DNA from: Octopus sinensis
Lineage: Eukaryota
Reading direction: 5' to 3'
Assembly (NCBI RefSeq): GCF_006345805.1
Contig: NC_042999.1
Span: forward strand, 48,546,001-48,610,000
DNA: 64,000 bases
Positions within the stretch are counted from its first letter, which is position 1; the number at the start of each line of letters is the position of its first letter. A model generated the notes under the pieces. The model searched no databases and was not told the DNA's origin. It was given only the letters and a program-made list of their open reading frames with translations. Made by a program: the position numbers and the translations under genes. Below, piece after piece: positions 26,648-39,540 of the stretch.

Positions 26648-28009
26648 TGTAATAAAATCAACATGTAGACTACTCTATACGACTTACGTGCATTAAAATT
26701 TATATTTTTTCCATGCTCAATAATATTTAAGTTACACCATACATATATACATACACATATGCGTCTGTGCACGCATATATATTTATGAACATATGTGTCT
26801 CTGTGTGTATGCGCTTGTGTGTGTGTGGGTTGTGTAAGTCGGTAGGTAGCGATTTGACTCTACGTGGATTAAATTCAAAACGGAAGGTGGAGTGTTTGTC
26901 GAGATATTTTCATAAACATGTATTGACTATCTGCCGTCTTTATTCAGTAGCTTGAATTTACCCTGAAGCTGTACAAGTACTGAAGCCATTCGTGTGTGCT
27001 TTATATCTTATTTATTTGCGAAAGTGAAATTTATTTTCTTTAAACGAATTTTCTAATTTCTTGTAATGTCTTGTTCGTGTCGTGAATTATATAAATACTT
27101 CAAAATTTTACTACTACTACTACTACTATTAGCACCATCACCACCATTACTACCACCATCACCACCACCAACACTACTAATACTACTGCTACTGCTACTA
27201 CTACTTCACGCCATCCAATCGCCAGCCCACCATCAACAGCAGCATCACCACCATTACTGCTTATAATACTACTATTCCGCCCCACCATTTTTTCTAGTCC
27301 TGTTTCTGTTGCAATGCTGTCTTTGCTTGTGTTGATGTTAATGCAGTGCTCTATTTACTTTATCTATCGCTATTTAATCATATGATTCGCCAGTGTGTTG
27401 ACGATAAAAATGTAGTCAGTGTTATTTTATTTATCATTGATGTGCATTCTTATTTGTTCTTCTATTTTAGGCTCAACGCAGTCTCTTCTTTAAATAGATA
27501 TTTTTTTATTTTTTGTGGTGCACTACTTCAGTCATCCAAATATGTTCACTTCAGCAACCGGGTGCTATGGTGTTAGTTATATCTATAAAATTTTTGGCTC
27601 AAAATATATTATTTGTTATTTACACTTCTAAAATAAGAATATTTAAATTAAAGTAAAACAAATCTCTCGTAAAAGTAACATTACGCAATCATTCAATTCG
27701 AAATTCAAGTATTGACACTTACTGAATCCGGAATTTGCATCCATAAAGCGTACTTTGCCTTACGGTTCTGTCTTCTCTTTTCAAATCTCTTACAAAATCA
27801 ATTATTTAAATTTTCGGCCAAATAAATGCAACGAACAAACGTTTCAGTGTTCACACTTACTGTAAAGAAATTAAAGCTGAGTAATCATTTCTTTCACTTG
27901 AGTCTGTGACCTTATAGCCTTTGTCAGGCTCAAAAAATATAGCTATGATTGATATGTACCCGTGAGGTCACAGTAGATTAAGCGATGACATATATGGGAT
28001 GAAATGGGT

Positions 28010-28750
28010 TCCGTGGCTATGTGATAAGAAGATTGCTTCGAAGCCACATGGTTCTGGCGTCAGTCTCACTGAGGGTCACATTGGGCAAGTGTCTTTTACT
28101 ATAGCTTGGTTTTGGCCAAAACCTTGTGAGTGGATTTGCTAGATGGAAATTGTAAGAAACCCGAAAAGAATATATCTTTATAAATTTACATTGTATGTAT
28201 ATAGGCATGTGTGGAGGTGCAATGGCCCAGTGGTTAGGCCAGCGGACTCGCGGTCGGAGGATCGCGGTTTCGATTCCCAGATCGGACGCTGTGTGTGTTT
28301 ATTGACCGAAAACACCTAAAAGCTCCACCAGGCTCCTGCAAGAGGTGGTGGAGACCCCTGATGTACTCTTTTGCCAAAACTTTCTCTCACTCTCTCTTCC
28401 TGTTTCTTGAGTAATACTGCGATGGACTGGCGTCCCGTTCAGCTGGGGGAAACACATACGCCACAGAAACAGGGAAACCGGGCCCATGAGCTTGGCTAGG
28501 CTTGAAAAGGAAGACGTTTATCGTTATATATGCATGTATTTTTATGCGGCTCTGTTTTTCCCACCAACACGACCATCGCTTTGACAACCGATGTTGGTGT
28601 GTTTAGGTCGCTGTTCGGCAAAAAGTACGAGAGAATAAATAACAGGCTTACAAAGATTAAGGTTCACTTCTTCGACTAGAAACCATTTACGGTGGTGCTC
28701 CAGTATGGACTCAGTCAAATTAATAGTAAAACAAGTAAAAGAATAAAATA
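28010..28750 (+). mobile_element. CORE-type tRNA SINE (family C) interrupted by a family B SINE
   Basis: Head/core TGGGCAAGTGTCTT..CTATAGC..CCTTGTGAGTGGATTTG at 28080-28145; tail CCATCGCTTTGACAACCGATG..GTGCTCCAGTATGG shared with 31635-32000. Confidence 0.7.
28213..28510 (+). mobile_element. tRNA-derived SINE (family B) with V-domain-like segment
   Basis: A box TGGCCCAGTGG, B box GGTTTCGATTCCC, GCGATGGACTGGCGTCCCGT; tail matches the reverse complement of 50134-50230. Confidence 0.8.
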
Positions 28751-28992
28751 ATATACCTAATACATAGCCATTACTGCCCCTGCAGATTCCCTGAAGTATT
28801 TTGATTTGAGACAAAAAGTATTGAATTTTCCTGAATCAACGGCTTCAACGCAACGCTAAACTGAAATTGAAAATAAAAAAAAACAGATATATACCGATAC
28901 ACACACACACACATGCACGGACGCACACACACACACACTCACACACATACACGAAAGCACGGACACACACGCGCATGTACACACACACACAT

Positions 28993-29031
<39 letters not shown>

Positions 29032-29139
29032 TCTTGTTTTGTGTGTGTGCGCGCATGTATATATGTATGAATATGTGTAAGTATATGTATATATACATAT
29101 ATGTGTATGCGTGTGTACGTGTGTTTATATATGAATGTA

Positions 29140-29175
<36 letters not shown>

Positions 29176-30543
29176 ATATATATATACGTATATGTATATA
29201 TATATGTGTGTGTATGTATGTATATATATATATATATATACATATGTGTGTGTGTGTGTGTGTGTATGTATATATATATATAATATATATATATGTGTGT
29301 GTGTGTGTCTGTATGTATGTATATATATATATATCAGAGAAGAGTGCTTATAATTTTGAATAACTCATCACATTTGTGATGGAGAAGGTTGCAAAAAAAC
29401 TTACATGTTTAGAAATAGCAGTAAATAACACCACTATTATCACTCGAAATGACATATAAAATCCACCATTTAAAACTAAAAGGTTAATTCATTATTGCAA
29501 TTTCGAAATTAGGAACCTATTATACCATATATCTCGTATCTTAAAGAAACGAATTTAAGCGATATAACAGTCCCATTTCTTTAATCAGGAGAGTATTCCT
29601 TTAGATACAAAGTGATACAAAATTAATCCATGTGTTTATTATATGTATTCTGACCGGCAAGAAGAATGTGTCAACCCGTATTTACACCTTCAAATTCTGA
29701 ATTCCAAGATCATGCATAGCGTTTATGAGAAAAGACCGCTAAATCTAGCCACAGCAAAATACCGGATATGAGTGAGGAATTAAAACTTTGTGTATGTGTG
29801 TGTATTTGAGTCTGTGTGTGTGCATGTGTGTGTCTGTGTGTGTGTGTGAGTGTGTGTGTGTGTGTGATCTAACTAGGGATCGGCTTTACGCCTCAACACG
29901 TACTGTAAGATATAGACGATAAAGTCCCTATTACCACCTTCAAATCTCTGAGAATAACATACTATATTGTAGGAAAGCAAAAGAAAAATAATGGATCAAC
30001 AAGGTTCGGTTAACCGTGTAAAAGATCGTGTTTCAGGCTTAAAGTAAAAATATTTTTTCACACCAACAGTATTCCATACCATAAATTTACGAGCAATTCA
30101 AAATATGCATGCGTTCGGTGACATCGTATGATCAATATCCCTCTACACTCGTAAAATGTACTGCCAAGTAGAATTCACAGCTTTCTTTTTATACCCAAAA
30201 TGAAAGATGTGAGTTCTACTCTGCAGTATATTTTACGACTGTATATGGATATTGGTCATACGATATGTGCAAGAACCCAGGTATTTCTTTATAGGCCTAG
30301 TATTTATTCCATCATTATCTTTTGCCGAACAGTTAAGTTATGGGGGGGGGCACAAAAACACATTGACATAATTGACAAGCGACAGGGTGGGTAGAATCTT
30401 AGACATACAAACATTTATATATACACATACATACATATATACATATATAGATATATATATATCTCGGAGATTGTAAGGTGTTAATAGGGGTTTTATCGTC
30501 TATATCTTGCATTGCGTGGTTAGGCGTAAAGCCAATACCTAGT

Positions 30544-30579
<36 letters not shown>

Positions 30580-30594
30580 ATATATATATAGTGA

Positions 30595-30665
30595 TGCGTC
30601 GGCCGGGAGTCGGACCCCGATAGCTGCTTGGAAGGCAACCATGCTAAAGGTTACACCACCGACGC
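30595..30665 (-). pseudogene. tRNA-Gly(TCC) pseudogene
   Basis: GCGTCGG..GTTGC-CTTCCAA-GCAGC..CCGACGCA: perfect acceptor stem and TCC anticodon, but the D-loop GG is replaced (AACCTTTA), the T-loop reads TCCGACT, there is a T-stem mismatch and there is no poly-T terminator. Confidence 0.85.
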
Positions 30666-31634
30666 CTCATTGATAGATAGATATAGATATGAATTAATAT
30701 AAGCAACTCGGCGGAGTCTGTAACTAATAGGCGAAACCGGTCCAGTACTCCTTACTTTTGCTTATGGGGCAGTTATCTCCCCTGTCCACGTATGTTAATT
30801 GTGTCCTTCATGCAACCTTACAGGTTTAACTTTCATTTCTTCATAAATACGTGCTATTTTGCACCCTCATGCACAAGTATTGAATGTCTATATCATTATA
30901 TCACTCTATCTATCTCTTTATAAATTTACTTATACATGCATGTACATAGTTGTATGAATGTGTATACGACCGTGTGAGTCTTTGTAATAAGAGCGAACTC
31001 TTAAATACCGCGTTATGCCAATGATTTCCAAATATTTTAACTTCCGATCTATCACTAAAATACCCGAGAACTCGTATGAACTCCTTTTCAACAAACCAAT
31101 TCGTTTCAGTTGTAAGTACGTGCACTCGACATGTATTTAATGGGCTTAGATAATACAATGAGGATATCTAAATATCGTTTTCTGCGTTATTTTGATGAAT
31201 GCTATGTAACTGATAAGTTTACATTTTTGATACAAAGGAAAAGTTATCAGTTTGTACACTTTGAAATGTTTTCTACTGAATTGGTGTATAGGAGATTATT
31301 CTATAACAAAAACAAGCAGATCAGATTAAATACTTTGTAGTATAATGCTATATTGATTTGAGCTTTCAACTAAACATAATTCTCCAATACAGATGTACAT
31401 TCATTACACACGGAAAATATAATACCGATTTTTCACTAACTTAAGTAGAAATGAACGAAATGCTCACACGTTGTTGTGTGTGACCTACTAGATAGAGTGT
31501 CTGCATCCTGCGCATAGGGTTGTTCTTTCGAGTCCTTTAACGGGTTACGCATTAAAACTTGAGCAAGGCACTTTCTTTCCCAATATATTAAGTATAAGCT
31601 ACTCGTTTTTTATCTAATATCTTATACATGTATA

Positions 31635-31702
31635 TAAGGGCACACGATGCTGTGTAGCAAGACGCTTGCTTCTCAACCACATAGCAACTTGGGAATTTGT
31701 CT

Positions 31703-31768
<66 letters not shown>

Positions 31769-32000
31769 GGAGGTGTATTTATGTATATGTTTCTACCCTC
31801 CATCGCTTGTCCATCATGTTAGCGTGTTTTTGTGTCTCCCATAGCTTAGCGGTTCGGCGAAAGATCGATAGAATAAATACTAGGCTTACGAAGAAATGCC
31901 TGTGTTCGTGCAAGAAAGTCCTGGGGTTGATTTCATCGGCTAAAACCGTTCAAGGGTGTGCTCCAGTATGGCTGTAGTCAAATGACTGAAACAAGTATAA
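31635..32000 (+). mobile_element. CORE-type SINE family C, internally deleted and interrupted by (TA)n
   Basis: Head TGCTGTGTAGCAAGACGCTTGCTTCTCAACCACAT and tail GATAGAATAAATACTAGGCTTAC..GTGCTCCAGTATGGCTGTAGTCAAATGACTGAAACAAG. Confidence 0.7.
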
Positions 32001-32507
32001 TCATTAGGGAATGCCATTTGTAAAGTAGATATTGCGTCCACAGTTGAAGATACTTTTAATAGCTACATTTGAGGTAGTTTGTGCTGTGACTGGGTGTGAT
32101 GTGCACACCAAAATTTGAAATTTCACAAAACATCAGTTATACCAAATGTTATATTAAACAAATTAGGAAATCATTTGCTGTAGAGTCTACCCACCATATG
32201 GAATGGAGATCAAAGCTAATCTACAAAGAATATCTAAAAATGAGAAACTGCTTTCACTCTATCAGAAACACCATCACATCTTCAATATATTTACTGTCAA
32301 ATTTTACTCTCTGTAAATCCAAACGTTTCTGATATTGTCGAATACTGCATCCTTCCTAGAATAATACATGCTTTAAAACACTGCCCTAATTCGAAGATTG
32401 ATATGATTTTACATGATCCAAAAATAATAGTAGTAATCCAACAGTAATTTAGAATATTATTAATCGATCTGCCTTTAAATTTTATAAATATATAATATAA
32501 GTATTTA

Positions 32508-32738
32508 TTTCTGTATTGCCCACAAGGGGCTTCACACAGAGGGGACAAAAAAGGACAGATAAAGGGATTAAGTCGATTACATCGACCCCAGTATGCAACT
32601 GGTACTTAATTTATCGACTCCGAAAGGATGAAAGGCAAAGTCGACCTCGGCGGAATATGAACTCAGAGCGTAATGGCAGACGAAATACTGCTAAGCATTT
32701 TTCCCGGTGTGCTAACGTTTCTGCCAGCTAGGCACCTT
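32508..32738 (-). mobile_element. SINE family A monomer
   Basis: Complete reverse-complement head, core and tail1. Confidence 0.88.
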
Positions 32739-35700
32739 ATAAAATATAAGTATCGCTCCCTGAAATAACTCCGAATTAAAAATCCTGAAAATATTATTCC
32801 TAACCAGGTATTAGTTGCATTAAACTACATGGATGATAAGCGAATCAAAAGTAAGTATATTATCTATAACAATTGCAAAACAATGGCTCCGTAGACATGT
32901 TTCTCTCGTCAATTAATTACCCAAATTTCGTTAAACCTCGTATATTCTTGCAATAGGATGAAAGTACTGTTAAGGGCACTCGCATTAAGAATGGCATGAC
33001 CGTCTTTTCACCAACGGGTTTAAATAGATTGATGAACCATTCAATAGATGTACAAGTTTTTCCTAATGTTCCTAAAATAATTTCCCTCCATTCTGTTGTC
33101 AATTAGCTAAGCAATTCTCTAGTAAAAAGTCTAGTCTATAAGTTTAAGATCAATACCCATAGGGAATTTAAATATTACATGTGCTCTACTTCAATGTCTC
33201 TATAAGTAGTTTCAGTTCCAGGAATAGAAAGTTCAAACTAAAATGGAGCGTTATAACAACTCTCCAGTACATAAAAGTAACTAGCGGGAATGATGGCAAT
33301 ATATGCGAGAATCCCGCCAAATAATAGTAACTGAATATAACGTAATACTTTATGCTGAGATAACAATTAGCTTCTTCTCAACTGTTAGTAACATATTTTC
33401 ATTCAAATGTTAAATATCAACGAGTTAAGATAAACGGTAACTTATCTTGAGCTACCCACGAAGATTGCCTGTGTATATGTATGTATATATATGTATGTGT
33501 GTGTGTGTGTGTGTGTTTGTGTGTGTGTATTATGCACTTTTGAAAATATAAATTTCGTCCCAAAACACTAATACTTGAATGAAAATTGTTATTGAAATGT
33601 TTGTAGTCCATCATATCCCAAAGTGTCTCATCATTAACTTGAATTACATTTTAATTACTTTGATCACCTTTGAAATTCATGACAATATTTAATCACTAGC
33701 CTAATGCTTAATGATATTTGGTTTTCCTAGAGATTATAATTTTCATTAATTAAAAAAATTTAGTTGTGTCCTTACTATTTTTAGTATGCTATACTACACT
33801 TATCAACACTTGATAACGTCTTTCAGCGATTCTGTTAGGAATAAAACAGTACATTTTTGTATTACATCTCAATCCATTTTTCTTCCTAAATTTTGTCAAA
33901 AGATTCCTTCAGATTATCAACCAATCTGGAGTTTCGTTCAGAGATAAACCTTCACAATAATTTTGAGTAGTTCAATAGCATTACCACTCGAGTTGCTGAT
34001 GCCTCTTCACTTACCGATTGTCTAGAAAGATAAAGGAAAACTTCCACTTATAAAATTTTCAAATATGCGTGTAATTACAGCTAGTTGATATCAATAGACT
34101 GTAGACATTATTAAAGATATCATTTATATAATTTAGATGATTAACATGACATAACTCACCAGTATTCTACATTATATATCACAGGCACTCGTATGTAAGC
34201 CATTTTGTCAAACCTATTGTTTTTGTGCACTGTATCCTGCGTGAAAGGATTTTACAAATCCTTCACATAATCATTCAAAATATCAATCAAACCTCTTGAA
34301 CTTCACCCAGTGTGACAGCTTATTCAGTATCTGTTACCTAACACCTACTCATAAATACAAGCAGATACACCCATTTATGGAATTTGGCAGTGAAACTAAA
34401 TTACTAATATTTTAGCTAATATATTTTATTACTGTTAATGAGTTAATATCATCAATACTTGATCAGCAAGCTATATAAGACATGGCTAAACGGTACCTAT
34501 GCGAATGATAGCATTGTGGAATTGAATAATAATATGACAATTGTCTTGAGGTATATTAAATAAAATAGTTTAAAAGTTTCAGCGCAATATCTGATTACTT
34601 AAGATAGCTGCTATAAATGAAGAGCAAAGTTTCATTGATAAATGTAAACGACAATTTTAGACGTGCAGCCAAATAACAAATATATTTCAGCTGCAGATGT
34701 CATGTAATAAATTATGAGAAATATTTATTCAGCGATGGAGTATTGCAATATCACTATCTAGAAGATATTCTATCAAGATTCCAGACTAAAGCATTAAATC
34801 AAACATGTATTCATTCATGTAATGATTGTATCTGCAAGATATAGATGAAAGTATTAGTTCGACTAAACACAATTTGAAATACTGAAATGTGATGTTCAAT
34901 CTCTTATATCCATCTATTTCAATCTCATAATCTCGTATTTAGATAAAATAATCCGCAGCATATAATGAAAACAAAGAAATATCATGAAAGTCTATGTGCA
35001 GGAAATAAATTATAAGGACAATATCGCTCTTGAATTTACAGCTATATTAGAATGATATTTCTATCCAATGTTTCCCAATAAGTGTGGACGCCCCCAATAT
35101 CGAAATATTTAATAAGTATAAAGCAAGAATATGTCCAGCAAAACAGAATTTTTCTAACTGTTAATCTAAGTATATTGTACATCATTATTTTGATATTTTA
35201 CCGCCGAATATTTGCTGATTTGATTGCTGCATATAATATTACCAATACATATGCAAGAATATAATTTAGAAATAACTAAATAACTAAATTCATGTCATTA
35301 TACATAAGCACATCTGAGTGGAAATAAATATTCACTCCTGAAGATTGTAGTAATCTACATTGTCATTAGCTTATGTTACGCAAAATTTAACACAGTGCTG
35401 GTGAGGATTTTGAGAAAGAAAGTAATGGCTATCGTGCATTCCTATTTTACCATGTAAATGCAGCCACAAGATAAAAGTTTTGATATGCAACATCTGGTAA
35501 AAAATAACTTGCCATATTATTTAAGCATCTATAATAGATCAGGTTGATTTTCCACACTTCTGTGGACTAATCGAGATAGTGATTGATTAATATGATAATA
35601 ACTGACAAAAAAAAACCATCTCCATAGCTTGAACAGTTTTTTTGAGGAAACTGTGTCAAAATCCTCGAGATTCTATAACCCAAAATCCTCAAATTTCTGT

Positions 35701-35829
35701 AAACAAAACACCACATTTTCAGCATTTTTAGTCGGAAAAAAATCATGCAATGTCATTTAAAAAAGCAGTGAAGATATGTACAAACTCTATAGACAAATAA
35801 GACAAACTTAGATACCAAAACCATCCTAA

Positions 35830-37193
35830 TTTTCACTATAAGAGCCCTTTGGATCGCCAAAAGGCTTAAGGCTTCGGCGAGAATGCATTTGTGCCTTGAT
35901 TCGAGTTCATAAAGTGTATGGGAAGCTTCAAATACCACCTTCACTACATTTTCAACACTGAGAATCTGCAGGCAAACCTTATAGCGCCAGCTTGGGGCCC
36001 ACATGCCAGTCTATATCTTGTAAGTCAAAGAGGAAGTGATTAGCAAGGCTTGCTCCAAGACTGGAAGAAACATCAGCCATAATCAATTCCATGGCATATC
36101 TGGGGGTTTACAAAAAGCTTGCATCTCCAGTTAGGTCATCCTTGTCTGGAGATTGTCGTTATTAAATGACTGATATAAAAACTAAAAAAAAATATTGAAG
36201 AGAAACTGGAGAACAGAGAGGTAATAGGAGACAAAATAGAGATAAATTAGATTAAAAATAAACTCAGATGTAGGAAAAAACATTACCTCTTATGATTCTC
36301 CCGAGCTAGATTCTAAGGAAATATCTTGTGAGGATATGGAGGTAAGTGTGGCCAAATCCAGTTCCTCCTGATGTTGGATCTATTTCTGTAATATTTTTGC
36401 CTTAGCTACAATATTCTGGTTTCTCTTCACAGCAGCTTTATCCAGAGACCCGAGCTGGAAAGAGCCCTTCCGTCCTGTTTTGTCCCTCTGATCTCTGAAG
36501 TATTACTTCCCCTCTGCTGGAAATGAAATATGAAAGTATATTGAACAGCGTATATAAAATAAGATATAAAACGACGAAAAATATTAATGATTATCTTTTT
36601 TGATACTTGAGAGAAAAGGTAGATTACAGGAGGAAAATGCGTATATTCTCCACTTAAATCCATGGGGTTCTCTTCTATTTAAGAGACAATTATAGATCTA
36701 AGTAAGATTAGTTAAAAGTAAAACAAGATAGTTTTACCTTCTTACTAGGGGATCACCTGTAGATTATATGCTGAACTTGACAATTTTTTTCTTGCACTTC
36801 ATAGTATTGTCATCATAAGGATGACAAGAAGAAATGTCAAAAATGTTCTCCTGCTTTTCTTCCATGTTCTGTTCCTTGACTGTGGAAAGACATTTGCGAT
36901 TTATCTCATTTGTTTTCTTAAAGGACTCTCTATCCACCAATTTCATTACATAATATTCCTCATACAGTGGCAGCCGTGGGTTCACTGCCTGTCAGATCTT
37001 AATTACATCCTTTGCTATTATAGTCTTTCAAGTCAGGTTGGCTGTTTTGGAGGAAATAACTGTACTGAATAAGTTGGCGGAGTGTAGGAAGCTCTGTTTT
37101 ATCAAAAGTGGAATACTGTCCACCGAATTGTTTGGCACTGTCACGTCCAGTTAATACTGCAGAATTCCTTTTTCTACCGATTTTTTGAAATAT
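35830..37193 (-). mobile_element. Spliced hAT-type (hATm-like) transposase relic with the catalytic core deleted
   Basis: Exon-like pieces ELPTLRQLIQY..VNPRLPL..IFDISSC..PSKK | ..YFRDQR..FQLGSLDK | ..YAMELIMADVSSSLGASLAN joined to a C-terminus SVENVVKVVFEASHTLYELESRH..KGSYSEN*; GT donors at 36737 and 36286. Confidence 0.65.
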
Positions 37194-38627
37194 CTGAAAA
37201 TGTTTTAAGTTTATAGGCATTTGATACGCAAATGTCATGCGACAGTACAAAATAATTCCTTAATGAATATCTGTAAAGCATTTAAACAAGCTCGATGCAT
37301 TATTTTGTTGAAAATGACAAACTTTAATTGGTTATTTTTATTGAATTATGTCCAATGGTTGGCTATTTATGTATGAAATTATACAAGATTACAACTTTTA
37401 AATAACTGAGAATCCGCAAAACCTACAAGCATTTTCATAAATATGAGTTAATGCAAGGCTTTCTATGCATTAATACCTTTCTATCTTGACTAATCCAAGA
37501 TTACTGTTCCAAAACCGACCTACTCTGTTCTATAAGGTGTATGTTTATTGAGCTGAAATCAGAAATGTCTAACGTTTAATAGCATCCAGCAGATTTTCGA
37601 CGTATAAATTAAATTAAATCTAAATCAGGGATGTTTTCGCCCCACTGATCTAATGACATATCCAAATAATGTTTATTTCTAATGCATTCATGCAACTGTA
37701 AAATATGCATTTCGAAATGTCGAGCATACAGGATGTTAAGTGATGAAAGACAAACAGTTCCTTACACGTACTTTGTAAACATTCTAGGAATAATTCAATT
37801 ACTTGCAACCAAATATCCAACCGATCGAAATGTAATGTAGATTTAAAAGTAGTTCATTTATAAAAGTAGGCAAATAATATGAATTTGTTAATTATTACAA
37901 GAACTATTCTTTTTTGAATCGATTAAAATTTAGATCGATTATCATGCGGGCAAATTCAGGTCATATATTAAAATGAATATGAAAAATTAGCGAATTATAC
38001 ACACTAACGCAGACAATTCTCCATTCCGTTTCATTCAATGTAGTGTTACCCAGGAGTAACTGATGTCAACAGATGGCACGATGCAAGGCAATGGAAAATA
38101 TAATTCGAGTTTATTCTATCATTATATTCTCATCCACGAATAATTACACTTCTAATGAAGACGACTTTAATTATTTAGATCTAAACTTTTAAATTAGCGA
38201 TTAGAATCCTTTAAGCGTTGTGTCAAAAATCGGAAAGTATATTTAGTCTGGAGAAGAAGCAAATCAACGCCCTAATATTACTAAATTAATACATACATTT
38301 TGGTATGGATTTATAAACAATTTAAATTCAGCATTGTATTAGCGTTTCTCTGTGCTTGTTCTTGTCATTTCCTTTTGAATTCCAAACATTCCATTACGTC
38401 TAACGAATATTTTCGTTGGTCATGAGAACGTGAAAGGAAGCGGAGGAAATGTGCAAGGATTTTTATTTAAGATATATTTAGGTGTTGGACGAACTCACAC
38501 ATATACACAAATATTTATATGTATGAATACATAGAAAATGTGTGCGGAAGACATAGCCACTGAACTATTTTCTTTTAAATTATCACCCTCTTTCATACTT
38601 ATAAGCAGCAGAACATAGTCAAACATA

Positions 38628-38808
38628 CAGTTCTATATTTAAGAGATGAGGAATTAAGTACATCATTTAAATAATCTACATTTGACGGATATTTGTGTCC
38701 ATCTTGTTTGTTGTTAACACAACCTTTCGTCTAATAAACCCTCCAGCCTTCATCAGGTTCCTTGGAGAAATTTCGAACCTGATTTCTCATTCCTAAGGTA
38801 TTTTCCGA

Positions 38809-38861
<53 letters not shown>

Positions 38862-38932
38862 TCACTGCCTGGAATTGAACACGGAATCTTATGGTAAGTA
38901 GCCCGCGCTCTTAACCACAATGCTATATGCTC
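38628..38932 (-). mobile_element. tRNA-head + (AAT)n + hammerhead unit, left arm of palindromic dimer
   Basis: Reverse complement of the 17466 and 38935 units; HHR at 38716-38761 with CUGAUGA intact. Confidence 0.88.
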
Positions 38933-38934
38933 AC

Positions 38935-39117
38935 GGGCATATGACGTAGTGGTTAAGCGATCGGGCTACTAACCTCAAGATTCCGAGTTCGATTCCAGGC
39001 AGTGGCCTGAATAAAATAATAATAATAGTAATGATAATAATAATAATAATGATAACAATATTAATAATAATAAAGATAATAATAATAATAATGATAACAA
39101 TATTAATAATAATAAAG

Positions 39118-39207
<90 letters not shown>

Positions 39208-39354
39208 TTGCACTACTAGGCACTGCACACATCCTACGCAGAACACTTTCCATACAATAACCATCAGAGCATCACAACAAATCACAGCACATACCCAAGG
39301 CACACAGAGCTGCGCTCGGTAGTGAAGTGAAAGCACGCTATAAAAATAAAACTA

Positions 39355-39389
<35 letters not shown>

Positions 39390-39540
39390 CAACAACAACA
39401 ACATTGAAAATACCTTAGAAATGAGAACCCTGGTTCGAACTTTCCCCAAGACACCTGATGAATGCTGGAGGGTATATCTGCCGAAGGGTTGTGTTAACAA
39501 CAAACAAGATGAGGAGAAATATTGGTCAAATGTAAATTGT
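38935..39540 (+). mobile_element. tRNA-head + (AAT)n + hammerhead unit, right arm of palindromic dimer
   Basis: A box TGACGTAGTGG, B box GAGTTCGATTCC, expanded (AAT)n with a nested insertion, and GACAC-CTGATGA..CC-GAAG-GGTT-GTGTT at 39450-39495. Confidence 0.88.
39209..39360 (+). mobile_element. Dong family A 3' UTR fragment nested in (AAT)n
   Basis: GCACTACTAGGCA..CATCCTA..CCCAAGGCACACAGAGCTGCGCTC is a diverged reverse complement of 21691-21817. Confidence 0.8.

Noticed and set aside
36821-37072. 83-aa ORF with a signal-peptide-like N-terminus
   Set aside because: It is antisense to the hAT-type transposase relic that explains this sequence.
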